From an uncultured Verrucomicrobiota bacterium (GTDB lineage Bacteria > Verrucomicrobiota > Verrucomicrobiia > Limisphaerales > UBA1412), in assembly GCA_944389455.1 (NCBI GenBank), contig CALXMK010000006.1, positions 54,966 to 118,965 of the forward strand: a stretch of 64,000 nt of DNA, in the 5' to 3' direction. A program made the translations under genes and the position numbers. Shown here in pieces: positions 1 to 11,100 of the stretch. The notes beneath the pieces are model-generated. The model saw only the letters and a program-made list of their open reading frames with translations. It had not been told where the DNA came from and ran no database searches. The number at the start of each line of letters is the position of its first letter. Positions within the stretch are counted from its first letter, which is position 1.

Positions 1-487
1 TCAAAACAGGTTCCTGCATTACATCATGCTGCAATTGCATGAGACCATCTAAAAGTGCTTCAGGGCGCACGGGGCATCCCGCCAAGTAGAGATTGACAGG
101 AATAATTTTATCAACCCCTTGAAGAACAGAATAACTTCGGAACATTCCACCAGAGCAGGCGCATGCTCCCATTGCAATCACCCATTTAGGTTCTGGCATT
201 TGTTCGTATATTCTTTTAACAACCTGCGCTTGTTTATATGTAACAGTACCAGCAACAATCATTACATCAGATTGCCGGGGAGAGAATCTCATCACTTCTG
301 CTCCAAAACGGGCAATATCGTAACGACTTGCCCCAGTCCCCATTAACTCAATTGCACAACAAGCCAATCCCATTGGCATTGGCCAAAGCGAATACTTTCT
401 GCACCAATTAATAAGCGCTTCCATTGTGGTAATTACCACGTTTCCTTCCGTTTTGCCATCGTATCCTAGAAACTTTGTTAGGTTCAT
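1..487 (-). CDS. nuoB: NADH-quinone oxidoreductase subunit B (partial; 3' end runs off the window)
   Basis: Not in the ORF track. Manual translation from ATG at 487 gives [12 protein letters not shown]...[15 protein letters not shown]...[16 protein letters not shown]...[18 protein letters not shown]...[12 protein letters not shown], the NuoB CC/C/CP Fe-S motifs. Confidence 0.95.
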   Translation of the reverse strand, partial: MNLTKFLGYDGKTEGNVVITTMEALINWCRKYSLWPMPMGLACCAIELMGTGASRYDIARFGAEVMRFSPRQSDVMIVAGTVTYKQAQVVKRIYEQMPEPKWVIAMGACACSGGMFRSYSVLQGVDKIIPVNLYLAGCPVRPEALLDGLMQLQHDVMQEPVL

Positions 488-597
488 TGCCAACTCGCTC
501 CTAAAGGAATAATTCTACTTTAGAAATAGTGTTCTGGCAAGAATTGCTTTAAAAAACAGGCCAGAATGAGAACAATGAGCAGATAATCATAACATTT

Positions 598-1965
598 TTA
601 TCTGCTGAGTTGTTTTAAAATAGTTTGATATCGTTCTTGGGCTTTAATTTGCCATAAAACTTTAAGTCTATTTTGCTGAAGTGGATCTTGCCATTCTTTT
701 TCTAAAAGATGGTTCATCTCTTTTTCTGTAATCAATGGTGTTCCTATTTGAATTAATACTTCTTTTGTTTTAGAGGTCTGAATGGCAGCTTTCCATACTT
801 TACGCAATTCCTGATGAGTATCAATAAGCTGAGTTCCAATAAGAGCACTGACAAGACTTCTGCGTCTACTGGAAACGAAGTTGTTAAATTTGAATTGTAC
901 CTTTGAATTATTAGTAATATAAGGTGAGTTTTCGAGAGGACAATATTCCGGATAATCTCTATAAATATTTTCACGAACCGGCATTCTAAGCAATGTAGAC
1001 TGAGTGGGGCCTCCAGGTGCCCCAGCAGGAAACATCCAAAGTTTCTGCCCTTTTTCTCCTAAAACAAATTCGATAAAGTGATTTGCCTCTAGTGGATTTT
1101 TTCCTCCTTTTAGCATGGCAATTCCATCAGGAGAAAGAATTGTAAAATCTTTGGGAATAATAAAAGACATATTTGTTTTTCCAACGGCAGTAACTTGGGT
1201 TGATCCATAAAAATCTATGCAAATAGAACTAGCAGTGTCGCCATAGGTTGTTTGCCGAGGAGGGTCCGTTGCATAACGTCCAATGGTTGCTGTATTTGCA
1301 GCGATACCAGCTAAGATTTTCCACCCTTCTTCCCAACCATAAAATTGAAGAATAGCTTCCAACATTGTATACATTGATCCACTATTTCTTGGATCACTGA
1401 TTCCAATCCAATCACAAAGAGCAGGATTAGTTAACTCTTTCCATTGTGAAGCTAGGGGAAGGTCATTGTAATAAATTACTCTTAAATTATGTAATATTCC
1501 AAAACTTGCTATTGTGCAACCGAACCAATATTGGTCTTTATCCCAAATAGGAATCCCTTGGCAATACTGGGGAATAGCTTTCAGAATATCATCAGGTAAA
1601 TCACAGAAAGCGAGTAAACCTTCTCTTTTTAAGTCGTAATAAGGTTCAATCCCACAGCCAAAAATAATATCTAAGCCAATTCCATCTGGTTTAGCTGCAA
1701 ATTCAGATCTAATAAATCGGATAATATCAGATGCCCCACCTACGTTACGCCAATCCAGAAAAATTTTCCGGCCATATTTTTTTTGATGCCATTCAATAAA
1801 TTGGGCTTCAAATTCTGTGCGCGTGTTTTCTGGATGAGGTGTAATAATAGAAAGAACGCAGTCCTGAGAGCTAGATTCTGTTGCAGATAAAAAAAAGCTC
1901 GTATGAAAGAAAAAAATGTAAAAAACAAAAAAACAGAGAATTTCTTTAATTGACAGAAGCTTCAT
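598..1965 (-). CDS. ABC transporter substrate-binding protein (Fe3+/thiamine/AfuA-like family)
   Basis: N-terminal hydrophobic signal; IITPH, DPRNSGS, GWEEGW and FIEFVLGEKGQKLW motifs typical of cluster D SBPs. Confidence 0.75.
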   Translation of the reverse strand: MKLLSIKEILCFFVFYIFFFHTSFFLSATESSSQDCVLSIITPHPENTRTEFEAQFIEWHQKKYGRKIFLDWRNVGGASDIIRFIRSEFAAKPDGIGLDIIFGCGIEPYYDLKREGLLAFCDLPDDILKAIPQYCQGIPIWDKDQYWFGCTIASFGILHNLRVIYYNDLPLASQWKELTNPALCDWIGISDPRNSGSMYTMLEAILQFYGWEEGWKILAGIAANTATIGRYATDPPRQTTYGDTASSICIDFYGSTQVTAVGKTNMSFIIPKDFTILSPDGIAMLKGGKNPLEANHFIEFVLGEKGQKLWMFPAGAPGGPTQSTLLRMPVRENIYRDYPEYCPLENSPYITNNSKVQFKFNNFVSSRRRSLVSALIGTQLIDTHQELRKVWKAAIQTSKTKEVLIQIGTPLITEKEMNHLLEKEWQDPLQQNRLKVLWQIKAQERYQTILKQLSR

Positions 1966-3463
1966 ACCGTTTTTCCCGAATAACAGTAATTTTCATATTC
2001 CCTCTATATTGTAAATTGTTCTCTATTTTGTGAGATAGGTAATGCGCTAATATTTCGCATTGATCATCATTTGTCTTATTTGCTTCAACAAAGACACGAA
2101 GTTCTCGACCTGCCTGAAGTACAAAGCATTTTTCCACATTTGGAATTTCATTAGCCATGCTTTCTAATTCTTTAATGCGTTTCAAATAAGTAGATATACT
2201 TTCTATTCTGGCACCAGGTCTTGTTGCACTTAATGCGTCTGCTGCTGCGACAATTCCGATAAGTGGATTATTGCAAGAGAGAGTAATTTGTTCATGGTGT
2301 TTTGCTACACATTCTACTATTTCTGGAGTCTCCATATTCCTCTCTAGGAATTCAGCTCCAATCTTGTCGTGAGAACCATCATGTTCATGGTCAATCGCTT
2401 TGCCGATATCGTGCAGCAAACCTGCTCTTCGAGCTTTAGCGCTATTAATTCCCAGTTCTGCAGCAATTAATCCAGCCAAATTAGCTACTTCAACAGAATG
2501 AGCTAATACATTTTGTGAGTAGCTATAGCGAAATTTCAATTTCCCTAATACAGAAAGCACCGGATTAGGTAAAAGAGGAATTCCTGATTGGATAATTGCA
2601 TTCTGAGCAGCCTCAATTGTTGCTTTTTCTACCTCAATTGTTGCTTGATCAATAATTTCTTCAATTCGAGAAGGATTGAAACGCCCATCCTGAATAAGGA
2701 CATTCATTGCCCGTCTGGCGATCTCTCTTCGAACAGGATCAAATGAAGAAAGAACAATGCATGAGCAAGAATTATCGACAATAACTGTTACTCCAATTTT
2801 ATTAGCAAAGGTTTTTATATTTCTTCCATCTTTGCCAATAATACGTCCCCGCAGATCTTGATTTGGTAAATCAATAGTAGTGCTATCAAAATCTTGAGGG
2901 TGTGATAAGGTGCATCTTTGAATGGCTGTTACAATTATTTTCTTGGCTTCCTCTTCTGCAGAGGATTTCGCGTTTTCTAAAATTTTCCTTGATATATTGG
3001 CTGCTTCCTTAAAAGCTTCTTTTTTTACTTCCAGCATTAAGCTTTGTGTAGCTTCATCTCGAGATATGCCTGCAATCCGGGAAATTTGTTGTTGCCAATA
3101 AAGGATATCTTTTTCAAGTTGTTTTTTTGCGGCTTCTAGCTCTTTTTTTTGAGCTTCAATTGTTTGATGTTGGATTTTTAAATTGTTTTCTTGTTCAAGA
3201 ATGCCTTGTATCTGCAAACTAATAGCTCCTTCTCGATAAGATATGGCATCCTCTTTTTGACGAACATCTTCTATGGCTTTAATCTTAAATTGCTCTATCT
3301 CTCTTTTTTCCGTTTGAAGAATTTCGTTAGCTTGTTTTTCTGCCTCCAAAATAATCCGATCTTTCTCTATGAGGGATATTTTCCTTCGCCAGAGAAACCA
3401 CAAATACATAATAATAAACGCAAATATATAGATAATAATTTGCAAAAACAAATTATCAAACAT
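1946..3463 (-). CDS. rny: Ribonuclease Y
   Basis: N-terminal TM helix, coiled coil, KH motif GRIIGKDGRNI, HD motif LLHDIGKA, AADALSATRPGAR, C-terminal ITVIRE. Confidence 0.96.
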   Translation of the reverse strand: MFDNLFLQIIIYIFAFIIMYLWFLWRRKISLIEKDRIILEAEKQANEILQTEKREIEQFKIKAIEDVRQKEDAISYREGAISLQIQGILEQENNLKIQHQTIEAQKKELEAAKKQLEKDILYWQQQISRIAGISRDEATQSLMLEVKKEAFKEAANISRKILENAKSSAEEEAKKIIVTAIQRCTLSHPQDFDSTTIDLPNQDLRGRIIGKDGRNIKTFANKIGVTVIVDNSCSCIVLSSFDPVRREIARRAMNVLIQDGRFNPSRIEEIIDQATIEVEKATIEAAQNAIIQSGIPLLPNPVLSVLGKLKFRYSYSQNVLAHSVEVANLAGLIAAELGINSAKARRAGLLHDIGKAIDHEHDGSHDKIGAEFLERNMETPEIVECVAKHHEQITLSCNNPLIGIVAAADALSATRPGARIESISTYLKRIKELESMANEIPNVEKCFVLQAGRELRVFVEANKTNDDQCEILAHYLSHKIENNLQYRGNMKITVIREKRYEASVN

Positions 3464-4028
3464 ACTGATAGCCTGTATGTGGATTGATTAAAATATTTAC
3501 TTGAAAATCATGAGTTTCTGATGGAACAGAATGGAAGATAGCCCATGACCAACAGACCCCGTATATTGTGCCTGATAATAGTGGCAGCAACCTGTCATAA
3601 AACCCCTTACCGCGACCAAGACGCGATCCGTCCAATCCGAATCCTAGTCCAGGAACAAAGATCATGTCAATGCTTTTTATTTCAGTGGATTTTGTATTAG
3701 GTTCTAGAATTCCATATTTTCCAGCCAATAAATCATTTTTTAAACAATATACAGGAGCTATTTGATAAGTCTGGAGTAAAGGATTAAATTGTGGGAGAAA
3801 TAATTTTTTCTTGTATGCCAGAGATATTGACAGCAGAGATGAAATATCGGGTTCATCTTTAAGAGGAACAAATAAAAGTATTGTTTTTGCATCCTTCCAT
3901 TCAGAACTCTCTAAGATAATTTTACAAATTCTTTTGCTTTCATCTTCTTTCTGTTCTGAAGTGGATTGAAGAGTTTTTTGTCGAATGAGAGCTCTTATTT
4001 TGGATTTTTCATATTGAATATTATTCAT
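3456..4028 (-). CDS. ygfA: 5-formyltetrahydrofolate cyclo-ligase
   Basis: GILEP, FVPGLGF, RLGRGKGFYDR and HD motifs. Confidence 0.93.
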   Translation of the reverse strand: MNNIQYEKSKIRALIRQKTLQSTSEQKEDESKRICKIILESSEWKDAKTILLFVPLKDEPDISSLLSISLAYKKKLFLPQFNPLLQTYQIAPVYCLKNDLLAGKYGILEPNTKSTEIKSIDMIFVPGLGFGLDGSRLGRGKGFYDRLLPLLSGTIYGVCWSWAIFHSVPSETHDFQVNILINPHTGYQYV

Positions 4029-5448
4029 TTGATTTATTCGAACGTATTTTATAGATAGCTTCTCTCCATTGCTGGCTCCGATCCTTTATCTTTTTTTCAG
4101 TACCTTCTTCCGTTGGTTGGTAGTAAATTCGATTGACTCCTAAATAATCCTGAGGAATAAAATGTTCCGGATAGTTGTGTGTATATAAATATTCTGTCCC
4201 ATGTTCAAGTTTTTCAGCTCCAGGATAATGTGAATCTTTTAAAAAGTTTGGAACAGGAATTATCTCTCGAGTGCGAACGTCTTTTAAAGCTGCATCAATA
4301 GCTAAAATTGTGGAATTACTTTTATGAGCAGTAGCTATATAAATAGCAGCTTCTGCCAGCGGAATTCTAGCTTCTGGCCACCCAATAAATTCTGCTGCAT
4401 TTGCGGCACTATTGGCAAGAACTAGAGCCATGGGATCTGCTAAACCGACATCTTCGGCTGCACAAATTATAATTCTTCGTGCAATAAAACGAGGATCTTC
4501 TCCAGCGTATATCATCTTGGCTAACCAATAAACGGCCGCATCTGGATCTCCACCTCTCATCGATTTAATAAATGCGGAAATAGTATCATAATGAGCATCT
4601 TCGTTTCCGTCATAGACTACGGCTTTTCTTTGAATACTTTCCTCAGCTATTGGAAGGGTAATTCTGATAATTCCGTTTTGATCCGGAGGAGTAGTCAGTG
4701 CTGCTATTTCTAATGCATTCAATGCTTTCCGAGCATCACCATCCGCAAGCTTAGCCAAATGAGAAATTGCTTCGGGCATTGCTTCTAATTTCAGTCTGCC
4801 AAGCCCTCTTTCTTTATCTTGGAGCGCAGAAGTAAGAATTTTAATAAGATTATCTTGACTAAGTGGTTTGAGTTCAAATATTTGCGAACGCGAAACCAGT
4901 GGTGCATTAATGAAAAAAAAAGGATTATGTGTCGTTGCTCCAATGAGTCGCACCGTACCCGATTCAACTTCGGGTAAGAGTACATCTTGTTGAGATTTAT
5001 TAAAGCGATGAATTTCGTCTACAAAAAGGATTGTAGGATACCCTGTATTATGAAGTCGATTTGCTGCTAATGCCAAAACTTTTCTCATGTCGGCTACATT
5101 AGATTCCACACCACTTAGCTTTTCAAAATAGCTTTTAGTATGCTTCGCAATTAGGTTGGCTAAAGATGTTTTCCCTGTGCCTGGAGGCCCATAAAAAATA
5201 AGCGATTGAATTCTGTCTGCTTCGATAGCTCTTCTAAGGAGCAATCCAGGAGCAATTATATGCTCTTGACCTATATATTCATTTAAGCAAGTAGGTCTCA
5301 TGCGAGAGGAGAGAGGGATAACTCTTCTGATTTCATCTACAGTAGAGGGAGACATTTGAGTCCCGATGGTAGGTTTTTGAGAAAAATGAGGCAACAAACT
5401 ATCAGAATCAGAGAATTCACCTTGAAACCTAGGAATACTATTTTTCAC
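4021..5448 (-). CDS. rarA: Replication-associated recombination protein A (RarA/MgsA AAA+ ATPase)
   Basis: RMRP, Walker A GPPGTGKT, Walker B FVDEIHRFNKSQQD, HYDTISAFIKSMRG, EDVGLADP. Confidence 0.95.
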   Translation of the reverse strand: MKNSIPRFQGEFSDSDSLLPHFSQKPTIGTQMSPSTVDEIRRVIPLSSRMRPTCLNEYIGQEHIIAPGLLLRRAIEADRIQSLIFYGPPGTGKTSLANLIAKHTKSYFEKLSGVESNVADMRKVLALAANRLHNTGYPTILFVDEIHRFNKSQQDVLLPEVESGTVRLIGATTHNPFFFINAPLVSRSQIFELKPLSQDNLIKILTSALQDKERGLGRLKLEAMPEAISHLAKLADGDARKALNALEIAALTTPPDQNGIIRITLPIAEESIQRKAVVYDGNEDAHYDTISAFIKSMRGGDPDAAVYWLAKMIYAGEDPRFIARRIIICAAEDVGLADPMALVLANSAANAAEFIGWPEARIPLAEAAIYIATAHKSNSTILAIDAALKDVRTREIIPVPNFLKDSHYPGAEKLEHGTEYLYTHNYPEHFIPQDYLGVNRIYYQPTEEGTEKKIKDRSQQWREAIYKIRSNKSNE

Positions 5449-5479
5449 ATCAGCTTTTGTTCAGGATGATCAGTATAAA

Positions 5480-5658
5480 AAACCCCGCATTTGCCGTGTG
5501 AACAGTTCCTTTGAACAGAACGAGAAACAATGGAACAAGTCCGACGTGTCATGGCTTCCTAAAGAATAGGCTTGCTTATCGACGTCTGCAACCCAGTTCC
5601 TTTTATATATAATTACGGTTCAAGGCTTTGTTTCTAATCACGGACAATGCAGGGAAAT
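5480..5658 (-). ncRNA. ssrS: 6S RNA
   Basis: About 180 nt, no ORF. The ends pair (UUCCCUGCAUUG.CCGUG...CACGGCAAAUGCGGGG), with CUUGAAC/GUUCAA, an AU-rich central bulge and a GACGUCG/ACGUC arm. Lies upstream of ygfA-rny, the known ssrS context. Confidence 0.85.
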
Positions 5659-5711
5659 TGTACCCATTTTAGGGTGTTAAAGAACAAAATCGACTTATGT
5701 CGAACACTGAA

Positions 5712-5740
5712 AGTCTAATTTTTGGGAGATATTATTGCAA
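5712..5740 (-). promoter_or_regulatory. Putative sigma70 promoter for ssrS-rarA-ygfA-rny
   Basis: TTGCAA-17 nt-TAGACT on the minus strand. Confidence 0.5.
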
Positions 5741-5777
5741 GCCAAATTTGATCAGAATATGTTTTTTGTGATTCAGC

Positions 5778-5805
5778 TTGATAAATATCTCTTAGATGTG
5801 ATAAT
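5778..5805 (+). promoter_or_regulatory. Putative sigma70 promoter for the ptsN-argS operon
   Basis: TTGATA-16 nt-GATAAT with an extended -10 TG. Confidence 0.5.
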
Positions 5806-5909
5806 GAGGGGGTGAAGGAGCAGTGTTTGCACCTTGGTTCTGAGGTGCCGCCGCATTCCTATTACGTAATTAGGTTGCTGAGTACAATCTGTTTAAAAGA
5901 AGAAGCACT

Positions 5910-6389
5910 ATGACTCTATCAAGTATTTTGTCTGTTGAGCAAATCATTCCTCAAATGAATGCGGCAACGCGCTGGGAGGCAATTGATGAGCTCATTGCCA
6001 GGTTGGTCGAATGTGGAAAAATTACAGCAGAGAAAGCGCCTCTTATTATTGAGGCTGTAAAAAAACGGGAAAATTCCATGAGCACAGGAGTTGGATTTGG
6101 CGTGGGATTGCCTCATGCTTCTACTCAGCTGATCGATGAGGTTGTGGGAGTATTTGGAAGATCTAGTAAAGGAATCAATTTTGATGCTCTAGATAATCAG
6201 CCCGTTAAATTTGTTGTTTTATTCCTTGTTCCTCAAGGACAGTTTCAAAGACACCTTCAAACTCTGGGAAATATCGCTAGGCTTCTGCACCGAAAAGAGA
6301 TGCGTCTGGCTATTGAAGAAGCTAAAACGGCTGAAGATATCTTTGAAGCAATCAAAGTATATGCAGCTCCAGCAATATCTAACAATTAG
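5910..6389 (+). CDS. ptsN: PTS EIIA (PtsN/fructose-mannitol type) domain protein
   Basis: KRENSMSTGVGFGVGLPHA phospho-His motif; GINFDALDNQPV. Confidence 0.85.
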   Translation: MTLSSILSVEQIIPQMNAATRWEAIDELIARLVECGKITAEKAPLIIEAVKKRENSMSTGVGFGVGLPHASTQLIDEVVGVFGRSSKGINFDALDNQPVKFVVLFLVPQGQFQRHLQTLGNIARLLHRKEMRLAIEEAKTAEDIFEAIKVYAAPAISNN

Positions 6390-6394
6390 ATTCT

Positions 6395-8134
6395 GTGTTA
6401 TATCTTAAAATAGAGTCTCGTCTGAAGAAGACTATAAAAAATCTTTTGCCGGATGCAGATCTTTCTCTGATATCCTTAAATCCTTGTAAAGATACGCGTT
6501 TTGGGGATTATCAAACCCCAGGATTAATCACGCTTGCCAAACAAAGAAAAATAAATCCTAGGCAATTAGCATTACAAGTCTTAGACTCTCTTTCTCTGCA
6601 AGATTTATTTGTTCAGGCTGAAATTGCAGGCCCAGGATTTCTTAATTTTAAACTGCTTCCAAAAGCAATCGGCAAGGCTGTTTTTGAAGCGTGTAAAGAG
6701 CAGCATCCTTTTATTAATCAAACGGAAACTCCGAGCACAATTGTCATTGATTTTGGTTCTCCTAATGTGGCTAAACCAATGCATGTAGGACATATTCGCT
6801 CAACTATTCTTGGCGCATGTTTGGTAAAGCTTCATCGATTGCTTGGCAATCGTGTTATCAGTGATAATCATATAGGTGATTGGGGAACACAATTTGGAAA
6901 GTTGATTTTAGGATGGAAGACTGCCTTAGATAAAAAGGCACTGGCTGAGGACCCTATTAAAGAATTAGAACGGCTTTATAAACTCATTAACGCTGCTTCG
7001 GAGGAAAAGGAAGTTGTGTTGGAGTCAGCACGACAAGAATTAGTAAAATTACAAAAAGGTGATCCTGAAAATCTGGAAATTTGGAAACAGATGATCCAGC
7101 TTTCACAGTCTCAATTCAATATGATCTATGATCGCTTAAATGTAAAATTTGACTATACATTAGGTGAGAGTTTTTATAATGATAGATTAAAAGGTATTGT
7201 TTCAGAGCTTGTAGAAAAAAGGATAGCCGAAGAGAGCCAAGGAGCCTACGCAGTCTTTTTTAAAGAGGATCCTGAGTTGAAAGAACACCCTGCGATTATT
7301 CAAAAAAGAGACGGAGCAGCCAATTATGCCACAACAGATTTGGCCACGTTGGAGTATCGTATGAAAACTTGGAATCCAAATCAAATTATCTATGTGACAG
7401 ATGGTAGACAGCAACTTCATTTCAAACAGGTTTTTTCTATTTTTAAGCAATGGAAAGGTTCCTCTCCAATCAAATTAACTCATGTCTGGTTTGGTACTAT
7501 TTTAGGAGAGAATGGAAAACCTTTTAAAACTCGTTCCGGAGAGGTGATTAAATTGGTCGATCTCTTAGATGAAGCAGAAGAAAGGGCATTAGCTGTTGTC
7601 CAGGAGAAAAATCCGAATTTGCCTTTAGAAATTCAAAAAAATATCGCTCGTGTTGTAGGAATTGGAGCTATTAAATATGCAGATCTCCTTCCTAATCGGC
7701 AGAGTGATTATATGTTTGATTGGAATAAGATGCTTGCTTTCAATGGAAATACGGCACCGTATCTTCTTTATGCTTATACAAGGATTCAAAGTATTTTCCG
7801 TAAATATGAAAAAGAGAAAAGTAAAGCTTTTGATATTTCCCAAATAAGTGAAGAGGATATTTTCTATCAGGAGACTTATGAGTTTGCTCTAGCAAAGCAT
7901 TTATTTTCCTTTGGTCTTGTTCTGCAACAGGCTGCGGATGATTCCAGACCCAATATTCTCTGCAATTATGTCTATGAATTGGCCGGTTTATTTGCTTCAT
8001 TCTATGAGCATTGTCCTGTTCTAAAATCGCAAGGATCAGAACAAATATCACGTTTGGCTTTGTGTCATGTTACAGCTCGTGTTTTGAAAATTGGATTACA
8101 GACTTTAGGTCTGGAAACATTAGAAGAAATGTAA
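6395..8134 (+). CDS. argS: Arginine--tRNA ligase
   Basis: SPNVAKPMHVGHIRS (HIGH), GDWGTQFG, KPFKTRSG, GNTAPYLLYAYTRI, C-terminal LEEM. Confidence 0.97.
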   Translation: MLYLKIESRLKKTIKNLLPDADLSLISLNPCKDTRFGDYQTPGLITLAKQRKINPRQLALQVLDSLSLQDLFVQAEIAGPGFLNFKLLPKAIGKAVFEACKEQHPFINQTETPSTIVIDFGSPNVAKPMHVGHIRSTILGACLVKLHRLLGNRVISDNHIGDWGTQFGKLILGWKTALDKKALAEDPIKELERLYKLINAASEEKEVVLESARQELVKLQKGDPENLEIWKQMIQLSQSQFNMIYDRLNVKFDYTLGESFYNDRLKGIVSELVEKRIAEESQGAYAVFFKEDPELKEHPAIIQKRDGAANYATTDLATLEYRMKTWNPNQIIYVTDGRQQLHFKQVFSIFKQWKGSSPIKLTHVWFGTILGENGKPFKTRSGEVIKLVDLLDEAEERALAVVQEKNPNLPLEIQKNIARVVGIGAIKYADLLPNRQSDYMFDWNKMLAFNGNTAPYLLYAYTRIQSIFRKYEKEKSKAFDISQISEEDIFYQETYEFALAKHLFSFGLVLQQAADDSRPNILCNYVYELAGLFASFYEHCPVLKSQGSEQISRLALCHVTARVLKIGLQTLGLETLEEM

Positions 8135-8170
8135 ATAATAGTTAAACCTTTATAATCTTTAAAAACGAAA

Positions 8171-11100
8171 ATGAATTGGAAAAAATGGCTGTCTCTCGCA
8201 GGGGGGGCAATAATTGTATTAATTTTTTTAGCGTACTTAATTTTTACAAGTTCTTTCTTTCTTAAGAGAGTCGCATTACCGATAGCAGGAAATTTCCTTA
8301 AGATGGAAATAAAAGCTGATTCGATTGACTTGGATGGGCTTTCAAAGATTTCGATTCAAAATTTAAAACTCACACCCAACAATGAAGAGACTATTTTGGA
8401 AGCAGCCGAGATTCAGATAAGCCTCAGCAGTTTTTCTTCTCCAATTAGCATAGAGGAGGTCTTTTTAGACAAAGCGTCTATAAATATTGTTCAGACTCCA
8501 GATGGAGGTAATTTGGCTGCTGTTCTGGCTCTATTCTCAGCAGAAGAGGAAGAAAAGGCTCCGTTAGAATTGTCGCTGGTATTAAAGAATCTTATTATTC
8601 AAAATTCTTCTGTAAAATGGAGAATGATTGGAGAAGATGATTCCTTGATGGGAGCTGAGTTGAAAAATATTAATCTCACGGGTAAAGAGATTGGAAATGA
8701 ATTAAATGGCAAGGTTTCATTGCAATCCATTTTGTCTTTCTTTATGGGAAGCGATTGTAAGGCGGTTCCGGAAAACCTTCTGAGCGGTGCTCTTGCTGCT
8801 GATTTAACGGTTCCTCTGACGAAAGAGTTTATGCCTGGAATAATTAGCGGAGGAATAAATTGGGGGTTTTCTGAGACAGACGGAATGTTTAACCCTTTGC
8901 ATAGTCATGGAATTGACTTGGATGTGGCTCTTTCTCTGGAACAAATTCAAAAATTAGTCCTCAATATAAACAAAGGGGAAGAACAGTTGGGAAACATTGT
9001 TCTCAACGGCAATATTAATTTGAGTGATTTAGGTGGAGAATTTAATTATGATATCAACGGGGTTGATTCTCGCCTTTTAAATGCCTTTATAGCTTCTCCA
9101 AAAGTGAAATTAGATCAGACATTTATTTCTACTAAAGGTAGTTTGAAAGTTTATGATTTACTCAATAACTATGCCATAAAATCTCAAACAAAGATTCAAG
9201 AGTTGACGCTTATTTTGGATGAACCTTCTCCTGCTATTTCTTTGGAAAGCGATTTGGATTTAGAAGTTGATCTTACTCAACAATTAATGAGAATGAATAA
9301 ACTTTATGCAAAAGGGGTTATAGGAAATAAGGAATTCATTTCCACAGAATTAACAGATAAATTGGTCATTTCGTGGGCAAAAGATAAAATGCAGACAGAA
9401 ATCCCTGATGCGAGTTTTCAGACAAAATTTAATTTTGATTTGGCTGCTTGGGAACAAACAGGCTTAATCAATAGTATAATTAATATTGCTGTTAAGGAAC
9501 AGGGAACAAAGGTTGAGCTTGTCTCTCTACTTAAACTTGAAGATGTCGATGCCTTTGGTTATCAGGCGACAGGTGAGATAAATTTTGAAAATATTTTCTC
9601 TGTAATGGATGCCGGCTGCGAATTTGCCGGACGTTTGGATGTGAAGGATCTGACATTGGGGAGAGGTGAATTAAAACTTCAGGAATTAGCTTTTAACTCT
9701 AATCACAAAATTGGCATCTCCCGTGAACCGGCCATCTATTTGCAGAATTTCAATATTGCGTTTAAAGCGACTGATAAAGCATCAAATAAAATCTCTATGG
9801 CAGGGAAATTGGATATGCATGATTATTCTAATCTTTCTTTTCTTAACATTGACACAGATGGGGTGGATTTAACTCCTGTTCTGCGCTGGACTAAAGGATT
9901 AATGGCAAAGCTTAATACGATTTCCGCTATTGAGAATGAATCACTCTCACAAGAAGCTGAGTTAATAACTAAGAAATCTGTTCAAGAAGATACTCATTCC
10001 ACAATCACAGGAATAAATTTGCCTGTGAAAAATTTTGAAAGCAAAATTTCAATGAAGCATATTTATGCCGAGATGATCCATATTGAGAATTTTGACCTGG
10101 ATCTTTCGATTAAGACGAATGATCTTAATTTGACTATTAATCCCATGAAAGTTCTTGCTGGTGAAACTGAGGGGAGCATCGAGCTTGCCAGTAAGGTCAA
10201 TTTGGAGGATTTATCCGTTGGATTAACCTATAATATTTCTGGAATTGACGAAAATATCTTAAATGAGCTGTTACCGGTAGATTTCTACCGGATTCAGAAG
10301 GTCTTAATTTCCTCTAAGGGGAATATCCAAGTTTCCAACTCATTACAAGAATTTCATTTAGGTTTACAATCTGATGTGAAAGATTTATTGATAGAGAACC
10401 TAAATACTCAAAGTTTATCTCTTGATTCTGATTTTGATCTAAACTTGAACTTGGCCAAAGGAACGGTGCTTGCCGAAAAACTTGACTTTTCCACTTTGCT
10501 AGGGACTAAAGAAATTTTATCTGCAGGCTTAACAAAACCTCTGTCATTTTCATGGACCGGAGGAGAAAATTCTCAAATAAATGATTCCAATTGGAAGGTT
10601 GTTTTCAATTTGAGTGCTGATGAGTGGAAAGCACTTTTGAGTGATCCAAATGCTAAGGGAAGTGTAACCGGTCTATTTAATCTTAATGTAACCGAATCTG
10701 GTAGGGAACTTACTTTTAACGGGAATATTGGTATTGATGCTTTGTCTGCAGGTGGATATTCAGCTTCCGGCAATGTTAAAGCGGATGGAATTTTGAATAA
10801 GAATGCGAATGATTATTCATTTACGGGACTTATTGATGCTGGCAATTTCATGGTGCAGGGTGACATGCTTGATATCAAAGACTTCTCGGCGAAAACAGAA
10901 TATGAATTTGCACTGGACTCTGAAATTTTCGATATTAGAAAATTAGTTATAAATTGGTCCCCAACTTATCGGGCCAAAAATGAGATTCAATTTACAGGAA
11001 GCATTGCTTACTCAGACCTATCAAAGCCTTCTCGCATTAATATCGCTGCGGAATCACTAGATTTTACTCCACAACTTTCTTGGTTGAAATCATCAGCTCA

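Noticed and set aside
119-346. 75 aa plus-strand ORF
   Set aside because: Antisense shadow of nuoB.
5812-6395. T-box for argS
   Set aside because: No T-box consensus (AAnnnGGnTGGnACC) or terminator seen, and the leader is too short.
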